The notes under the pieces: model-generated
What the model was told of the DNA's origin: nothing
What the model saw: the letters and a program-made list of their open reading frames with translations, nothing else
Database searches by the model: none
Position numbers and translations under genes: made by a program
NCBI GenBank assembly: GCA_000708835.1
Contig: DF237101.1
Location: 89,516 to 153,515, forward strand
Reading direction: 5' to 3'
Source: Klebsormidium nitens
Lineage: Eukaryota; Plantae; Klebsormidiophyceae
DNA: 64,000 nucleotides
Shown: positions 50,060-64,000 of the stretch, piece after piece
Layout of the letters: every line of letters begins with the position of its first letter
Position numbering within the stretch: position 1 is the first letter of the stretch

Positions 50060-56038
<5,979 letters not shown>

Positions 56039-56638
56039 GCTTTGAGCTGTGCAACTCCTACTACCGGGTTGAGAATGCCAAGTACGCACTTGCTTGTGGA
56101 TTCCTGACCTGCAGAATCTCGTCAACTTTGAAAGTGGAATCTGATCGCTCTTCTGAAGGAGAATACCTTTGACTCCGACTGCAGAACGCCTTTCGTGCGG
56201 ACGCGCCTGGAAAGCTAGTGCCAGTGGCTGTTGGCAGTGTCAGTGTATGTTTCTGAGTATGAACCTGATCAGACCCGTGTCCTGGATCGCCTAGAGTCAG
56301 ATGTTTTACACCCCGCCTGTCGGAGTGCAGGTCATACAGAGTTCTGGTGCTGCTGTCGAATGGGGTAGGGAGAAAGCGGAAGTGCTTTCTTTTGAAATGT
56401 GCATTCCCTCCCGAGTCCCTTGATCCAAGTTCCAAGTTCCTGCCTCCTTCCTGCTTCCTGGGGCTTCATTGGCCTCACACTGCAGGTTGAGGCAGCTGAC
56501 CGGCGGCCATTCAAGCACCCGGATCGTTTAGGTATGGTCCTGTAAGAGTTGCTGCTCTATGCTGCTATGCTGAACAGCTTGCTTGCACCATCACTCTGCC
56601 TTGCTAACAAGAACCAGCCCCCTGGAACTGAGAACGCA

Positions 56639-58212
56639 ATGGCTGCATGCCTCAGTTGTATGGTCCGGCTGCCATTGAATGGTCGAGCATGTTTGCGGGA
56701 TTCGTCACGTGGTTCCGATGCTCTTCCAAGAGTACTGGCTTTCCGTGGACCGAGCGGCAGCTCCATTGCAGACAGCATTGGCATCCACTTTCAGCACAGA
56801 TTGCTGTCAGCAGAGCCTAGCGAAATGCAGCAACAAAATTGGGAACCACTGCCACCACCTCGATTAAGTGGGGCTACAAGTGCAGGCAATGACAACCGGC
56901 GAGAGTCACAATCGCAACAACTTCTCAGAATCGATTCAAGCGCACCTTGCACCAATACTGTGAGGGAACTCCCAACCACCGCTGGCGCTGATAGCTTGCA
57001 GGAAGGTAGCCAAAGGGGTAGTCAAAAGATCGATATGTTTGAGACAATTGAAGATGACAGCGGCGCCAGAGGAGACTGCTTGGCAGTTGGTATACCTGGC
57101 GTCCTCAAGATTCCGGTCAAGGATGGGGGGACTGCTCCTCCACAATCGGTTCGTTGGAATCCGTGGTCACTTTCTCCTGGCAAGCGAAGGCGCATTGTGA
57201 AGACTGAAGTAAGCGGCCCCCTGTAACCTCGATCCTAGACGATGTTGCCTGCTTGATTGCTGGGAGCTTGGCTGAGTTACCAGTCCCAGACGGAGAGGCT
57301 TTGTCAAGATTGCCAAGTTTCTCCGTTGTGCTGAAATAGTCAAGAAGCCTGCCAAACATAGTTGAGCTGAACACTGATTGGGTGGTATGCACCAGATGGA
57401 CCTCACCTGAAGGTCAGGACTTTCTGCATTGAACCTTTCAAAGTTCCGGGACGAGGATGGGTGGTAACTAAAGGCAAGAGCACGTCTGTAGTTACTCTTG
57501 GGTCATTAAACAATGCCTTTCTAAACAGGGCGCTTCATTGTGCAGTCAAATGTTCAACGGATGCGGAGAAAGCGGCCCCAACCAGAGTGCTCAATATGCG
57601 AAGGGAGCGGAAAAGTAGAGTGTGACAGGTGTTGTGGCCGAGGTTAGCAGCCGAACACGATGCCCTCTTGCCTTGTCAAGTCCATATGTATAAGGCTGAC
57701 CATGGTTTTGAGAATGGACTTAATCTGCACCAGGCCTTGTCGATTGTGACTCGCTTGGAGTTAAGAGCTATATCATGGGAGCTATATCATGGTCCTAGGT
57801 CAGCATCTTTTGTTGCTGGTTATCTGACCATTGAAATACTGCTAAATGCAGGGAGGCTAAACCATACGAACCTTGCTATGCTGCCAAAAGGAGAGTGGCC
57901 GCAATGGTGAGTTTGGTTACATCGCCGTCCTTGCTCTTGCAAATATATTTCCAGGTTGACGTGAACCTTGTGGAGGGCCGAGGCAGAATTATAGTCTGAG
58001 GTTCAGCGTTTCAATTTGTGTGCTGTTATGCTTTCTACCCAATGTGATTGCTCTGAGATCTGTTGAATGCCATCTTGGCATGCTTGTGTCTGTGCAGGTG
58101 TTGGTCTTGTCGTGGTAGTGGACTAGCTTTCTGCAATCGGTGCCTCGGGACAGGTGAAAGGAGGGGACTGATTGGGTTCCGGATGCCTGAACCTGGAGAT
58201 CCTGATTTCTAA
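56639..58212 (+). CDS. DnaJ-type cysteine-rich (CxxCxGxG) zinc-finger protein with a probable transit peptide, 4 exons, about 278 aa
   Basis: Exons 56639-57208, 57546-57642, 57852-57906, 58098-58212 splice in phase to CSICEGSGKVECDRCCGRGRLNHTNLAMLPKGEWPQWCWSCRGSGLAFCNRCLGTGERRGLIGF. This has four CxxCxGxG motifs and the MLPKGEWPxW linker of a plant DnaJ-like family. Confidence 0.85.
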
Positions 58213-59361
58213 AGTTCTGATCGAGGTCTAGACACTCTGTACATAAGTGACAGCCAAGCACTGTGCATTGTTCTTTAAACGATGTTTGGAGAGCCCCGAT
58301 TAATCCCAAGCGGGACTTGCAATCAATTGAAAGGCTTCTTCTGGTTTTTGACAGTGTTGTCTCTGTCAGATGTGTGATCGAAGGTGGCCAGCCCAAGGTC
58401 TGGTCGTCCATGCCTCAACCCCGCAAGCCTTTGTCACTTTTGCAGCTTCCCATACGGTCAACACCAGGTTAACGAAGTGTGGCATCCCTTGAAAGGCCGT
58501 GGTTTTGGGGCGGCCATCCGTTGTGACATGGGCATGTCTCTTGGCAAACCATTACTCGATCAGCATGTATATGTTGCGATCCATGAGCATGTGCACCGGA
58601 TTTGAACAGAATAAAACGGTAATCAAACCTTCATGCATCCCATCAAGGATTCCACAAACATCCATCTAATAGGCAGGCAATATTGAGCAACTGACTCGGA
58701 GAATGCATGCACAGCCATCTTGAGGCCATGCGCGCATCCTCTCAAGGGAATCTTGAATTGTCTATCGAGATTGATCTAGCACATGTGCAATAAGGTTGAA
58801 ACATGGGACCCGATCATGTGGGCGCTGGCCCACTGATGCACCCACATGCAAGGCTGGCCGCCCCATGCCAGAACTGGTGCTTTTGGTACTTCATTACATG
58901 CCCGGCCAGGCCATCATGGTTCCGACTGTAGCTTTACAGTGTAGCTTGAGGTGCTACAAGCACGAATAGCCTGAATTCAACAATACATGAGGACCCTTTC
59001 CGGCACGCGAAGCAACTGCGTTCGTATCTTGAGCGTTGTGTGGTGTCGAAGAGGACCAATCAATCAATAAACTGGAGCCAAACAACCTGCCAAACTCAAG
59101 CACTAGAAACTCGAATTGCAGTCATTATACACAAGTGTATATAGCAGATAATTGCGGCGCACTGTATCTTATTCCTAGGATTAGTGGGAACAGCCTAACG
59201 AGCTTACGAGAACTGCGCATGCAACTCGCTCCCTAAGGGCAGCCCGTGACCTTCCGCTGGATTCATATGTTCCACGAACCGAATCCATGTCTGCAAGCTA
59301 GCGTCTCGCTGACCATCTTCTCAGAAGGCTCTATGCATAACTTAGCTGAACGGCGAACAGT

Positions 59362-61785
59362 CTATACTTGCGACTTTGCATTTCCACTTTCCTTTGAGCC
59401 CTCTACCCCGTCCTTCTGCACAACCGCCTTGACGGCTGGCCTCTTGCTGATCTCCCCAAACTCGTCAAAGTCCGTCGCGAACCACAGGTTCCTCTCAAGG
59501 AAGCGCTGCTTCTTGACATCATGCCCAATCACCCAGTTGTTGTGGACCAGCTTGGAGAGCTGACCGTGGGCCTCCCGCCAGGTGTCATTCTTGAAAAAGA
59601 GAGGGCCGGGGGGGAACTCTTCCTGAGAGAGGATGCCAACCTGGACAAGACAAAGACATTGAGACTGTTAGAGAGACAATGACTGTGAAATGCTCAGAGA
59701 AAACTGTCACCGTTGAGGACACCTGCAGATAAGAGGTTCCCCAACTCACAGCGTTGTAGGGGCATTGCCGACAAAAAGCGGATAACTCTCAAGGAACAAC
59801 CAGAGAGGAGGAATCTGAAGCATACGGAGACTTGGCTAGCGGCTTTTGACCAAATAGAGATGCCTTACTTGAGCTAGGGTCTGAGCAAACGTTCCTGATA
59901 GCTGCTGTGCTTGCGTTCAGGCGGCGCTTCAGATGAAGCTTGTGCCTCTCTTAGAAGGAAGCTGTTTAGGTGCTTACTATCCCCAAATTCAAGCTATTCA
60001 ATACATTGCACTCGCTCTATGAAAACTGTAACCTTTTGACAGACAAGCAATCTCTACGTAACAGCACCATCCTGAATGACGGAGCGCCATTGAGAACTAA
60101 AAACCGTAGCCTCTGCGCATGGCACACTTCTCGAAATTGTAACCAAAACCTTTCTGCGTGGCACACCTCTCAGAACTACTGAGTGCAGCCTCTCTGCAAG
60201 GCGCTTGAAAGTGGCATGATGTGACGTGTCACATCACTGTCACATTTCTAGGATACAGCATCCCCTCTGCCGATGGGAAAAGCCAAGACAACGTTCTATC
60301 TCTCTGGACGCTTCACCTTAAAGCTCTCAATGTGCATGCCAGCACTGCTAAAACGAGCCCGTGCCAAAACGAGTAAGGCATTTCGTGGACTTTGGCTCTT
60401 TGCTTGCCTTCTAGAGCTTGTGCAATGGGCTTTGACATTACACGGAATAGTTCCTCAGCATTGCACTTTTCCTGTGGTCGAGTCATCATCTTGCCATCGA
60501 GACAGAGGACAGCACTATGCTTGAGCTGATGCTATTTATGTCCCTGAGCGCTGAGCAGACATTGCACAATTGACTGCATGCAGAAGAGGTGAAACTGTCC
60601 GAGGGTTGCTAATGACAACCGCAAGGTCAGACCTTTATTTAAGAACTACTCTGACAGAGAGCCTGGCGAATTTGAACCACAACACCGTTGGTGGAATTGC
60701 GTGAGACGGTTCTCGGACAGAGGATCGCCACCATGGAACAAAGTGGCATCTCGTGAATCTCCCTAACAAGATTCAATGCAAGGTCAGAGGAATCCGAGCA
60801 CTGAACAAACTAGAAGAGGGCGGTGGGTGCTCACCCTGGTATCTGTGAGGTTGTTCAGGGCTTTGTTGAAGAAGGGCTGGTCCTGGATGGGGGGCTTCCA
60901 GTCCTTGAGGCTCATGATGTCGGCCCAGAATTGCATCAGGTTGATGGACGCCTTGGTCGCCCGCAGATAGATCAGACAGCTGCAAATGTTCCTCCAGTAG
61001 CGGGATGGGAACACCGTGTCCCGCTTCATCTGTGTCGTGACCCCCCCGGTGATCCCATTCCAGTCCTCCCAGTCGTCCTGGACCCAGACATCATAGTCCC
61101 CGGACATGGAGGGAAAGGGGTCTGCCAGCCATACCATGTCCAGGTCGTTGTAAAAGACATTCACCCCCAGTTGGAGAATGGCTCGCAGGTAGTCTGGCCG
61201 CCGCTCAGTCATGAGGAAGAACCCCAGCGACCCAAAGTCGTGCGCACTCCCATTGGCCTTTGGGATGTAGCTCGAGTGGTACTTGACCACGTGGCCGGGC
61301 CATTTTGAGTTGAGCGCATTGTAGGCCTCGTCATCCTCGGCAAACAGGAGGATGCGGTCTGCAAACCCGACCTTCTCAATGCTCCGGATCCAGTTCTCGC
61401 AGAAGTCCAGATACCCCGAGTTGACTATCGAGACGATGACTGTGTTGTCTACCGCGACAGCCTGCACGGCCTCTGCTAGTGTTCTATCCTCCTCCTTGGG
61501 ATAGGTGACACTAGTGATTACGGTGGGGTGAATGCTGCCAATGGTCACTGTTGTCACAGCCCCCGTGCCGCCCCGAACAACTTGGACCTGAAGAGTTCTG
61601 AAGCACAGCCAGCAAAGCAGGATCCCTGCGGCAATATTGAGGAGCACTTGCGTGCGGAGAATTGAGAGGAAGGATCGGTGGATTTTGTGGGCCATGGTCC
61701 TGCCATTGCTTCCAGCATAGGTTGCTTTGCTGAACCCCGTCTCGCCAAGGGTCGGCAGATGGTCTGCCGAAGCGACTACCCTCAT
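59362..61785 (-). CDS. GT77 nucleotide-diphospho-sugar transferase, RGXT/MGP4-like, type II membrane protein, 2 exons, about 409 aa
   Basis: Exons 61785-60835 and 59640-59362 (alternative start at 61695). N-terminal TM; FYNDLDMVWLADPF (DxD), ICSCLIYLR, DQPFFNKALN, FPPGPLFFKN, VHNNWVIGHDVKKQRF. Confidence 0.9.
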
Positions 61786-62600
61786 TCTCGCTGCTTAGAG
61801 ATCCAGATCCGACCAGCCAGCCAAACAAACACAAGACACAGGCTGAATGCTGAGACCTGCGTGCTCATCCGTTGGGCCGTCCTCTGAACCACAAACCTCA
61901 CAGAATGTAATCACTCCAAAGGGCTTATTCGCAAAGGGGCGCTTCCAGAGGCATACAGATTCCCAAAACCTTTCAATGGCGGCCTCATTACCTCGTACTA
62001 TCATCTAGGTAGTATAGCCTTGTTGCATGGCGCCATTGGCATTTGAACGCCCCATTTCCAAATGGTTCAGTGTCCAAATACCTACGCGGTAGCATGAGGC
62101 CTGATGACGAAGGTGACGGTGAAGTCTGTGCACCGGTTTTGAATACCCACGGGCCACCTCTCTTCTTTTGCGCTCGGTGCAACAGTTTCGTCGTCGAAGT
62201 AAGTCGGAATGGCGTAAAGTTCGCATTGCAGTACCGGTCCTGAAACACCCTCTCAGTCACTTCGACGAGCATCGAACTTGCTGGGCAAGAACCACCTCAA
62301 TGGTCACAGCGATCGAGGAATGGTCTTGTGTGTCGTATCCCACTTGGGCCATCGGGGGGTACCGCTTTCTTCGATGCTCGACCGACGCGAACCAATTCGG
62401 TGCTCTATAGCGCCCTCTTGGCTGAGACAGCTGTCCAATTTAACATGATTGCATGGCTGCCGGCCCCGAGAGTTGCTCCAGTTGACTTGAAATTCAGCAC
62501 ATCTTCAGCCAAAGTTGACCGGGTCGAGCCGCGAGCGAACTTCCGGTTTGTGGTCAAGGACTCGAGTAGGTACCTAGCCGAGCTTGCCTACTTGCAGCTA

Positions 62601-62791
62601 CCGTACCTGTATTTGATTTCGGCACTTTCGACGCAAAATGGTTAATTATGAAACGTTTATACCTTTCAGCACGCTCGACGTTACCTGCTAAAATAACCAT
62701 TATCGAACCATTATCGCCCCAAGATAATTTCTGAAATTTTCAGCCGGCCAAATAATTATTTAAATTTCGCCGAAATCAAATACAGGTACGG
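62601..62791. mobile_element. Tc1/mariner-type MITE, 191 bp
   Basis: Perfect 25-bp inverted repeat TACCGTACCTGTATTTGATTTCGGC (62599-62623 / 62769-62793) including the flanking TA target duplication; AT-rich interior. Confidence 0.85.
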
Positions 62792-63173
62792 TATATAGAA
62801 GGTATAGCCTAGGCTCCAAGGTGCTGAGGTCCGTACCAACTGTTCCAGGTACCTACCTACCCACAGCACGCAAGCTTTACCGTCAATTAATAATTTAATA
62901 CCGATCGATGTAACCGCGCGGTCCAAGCCACCGGGACCAGTCTGGTCAATGGTATCACTCTCGACTATCAATTAACTTGACGGTTAACTAACTCAGCCGG
63001 CCGGTTAGCGTTGAGATTAAGCAGCTTCCGCGGACCGGGACCGGTGGCCCGTGGGGTTAGCTACATGGTAAACATAAATATAGGGTGGTGCGATTGAGCG
63101 TTGTGCCAGGGGCTTCTGCCCGTGGAGTCGGAGGGACGGTACCAGCCCTGACTCCTGAGCCCAGGCTACCTAC

Positions 63174-63945
63174 CAGGGGTTCTGGCGGGGCGCCAAACGG
63201 GGCGCAGAGCGCCCCGGGGCAAATTCTGGCGCCCCCGGGCGAAAGCGCGGGGCGCCAGAGCGCCCTGGGCCGCAGGCCCCGCCTGCTTTCGGAAAATCAG
63301 TTTAAATTTAGGTCAGAATCGGGCCGCCTCAACCGGGACCTCTGAACTCTGAATTGTTTTCAAAACAAAGTACAGAATATAAGACATTGGTTTGCACTTA
63401 TTAGGACCCAAGTAGTCCCCATAGCGTTTCAGAAGCTTGTAATAAGCACTAATTGCTGAACATAAATACGATACAAGCAGGGTGCCAGTCGAGCCCGTGG
63501 AAGACAGCCTTCTAAAGTGATATGGTCCTGTGAAACAATATAGTTGCGTGGCTTCGCATCATAAGAAGCGCTGTTCCTTTTTACCTCCTTTGGATATGGG
63601 GGCTCGGGTTCTTTGACCTCGTGCAGACTGCTTGTACCGTAGAAGCCTCAAGGACCGGTATGTTCAAAATCTTGTCGACCTCGAGCTTGATATCCCCCTC
63701 GGGGCTCCGCCCTCGGGGAGATATCAGCTCTCGTTCGACGCGAAACCATCGATATCGCCGAGCTCTCATGGTATAACTACTACACACGGTTTTGCGGTTT
63801 CGCCGAAACCCTGGGAGCCACTTGTACCGGGGGCCCGCGCCCGGGCCCCGGCTGGCTTGGGCGCCCCAGGGGAGCTGGCCGGCGCCCCGGGGCGAAGCCC
63901 AGGGGCGCCACAGCACCTCCGGGCAAAATCCTGCTAGAACCCCTG
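63174..63945. mobile_element. Non-autonomous hAT-type DNA transposon, 772 bp
   Basis: TIRs CAGGGGTTCT(G/A)GC(G/A)GG match at 14 of 16 positions; perfect 8-bp TSD CTACCTAC (63166-63173, 63946-63953); GC-rich subterminal GGGGCGCC arrays at both ends; no transposase ORF. Confidence 0.9.
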
Positions 63946-64000
63946 CTACCTACTACCCGGAGCAAACAATCGTAAATAGAAGGGAGTGTGAATAAGATAG

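Noticed and set aside
61988-62272. ORFs upstream of the GT77 gene as a separate gene
   Set aside because: No recognisable motif or convincing splice chain in any frame.

Overview
This is eukaryotic, intron-rich nuclear DNA with GT-AG introns, plant-type genes and one assembly gap of Ns at 1571-1802. The gene set and architecture best fit a streptophyte green alga such as Klebsormidium; that is an inference, not a database result. Most six-frame ORFs are exon fragments or noise, so I rebuilt spliced models by hand and checked that exon phases agree. Eleven genes are supported: HLB1-like (5' part only), UBE3D-like HECT_2 ligase, a 13-exon AHK1/CKI1-type hybrid histidine kinase, complex I B9/NDUFA3, a plastid-type TIGR03492 (LpxB-related) protein, an Lnt-like membrane nitrilase, an intronless F-box/LRR protein, ccmA, a p68/DBP2-like DEAD-box helicase, a DnaJ-type zinc-finger protein and an RGXT-like GT77 glycosyltransferase. 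There is also one tentative unknown gene and one frameshifted fragment. I found no rRNA, tRNA or CRISPR array. The most unusual signals are non-coding. (1) Five copies of a 186-199 bp element share a telomere-like G/T-rich core, while their terminal inverted repeats differ between copies yet still pair within each copy; three copies have perfect 9-bp target-site duplications (TSDs). (2) Tandem duplications repeatedly span splice junctions and leave decoy acceptors or donors in the introns of three genes. (3) A head-to-head MITE pair has CAGT ends, 4-bp TSDs and a compensatory change in an internal hairpin.
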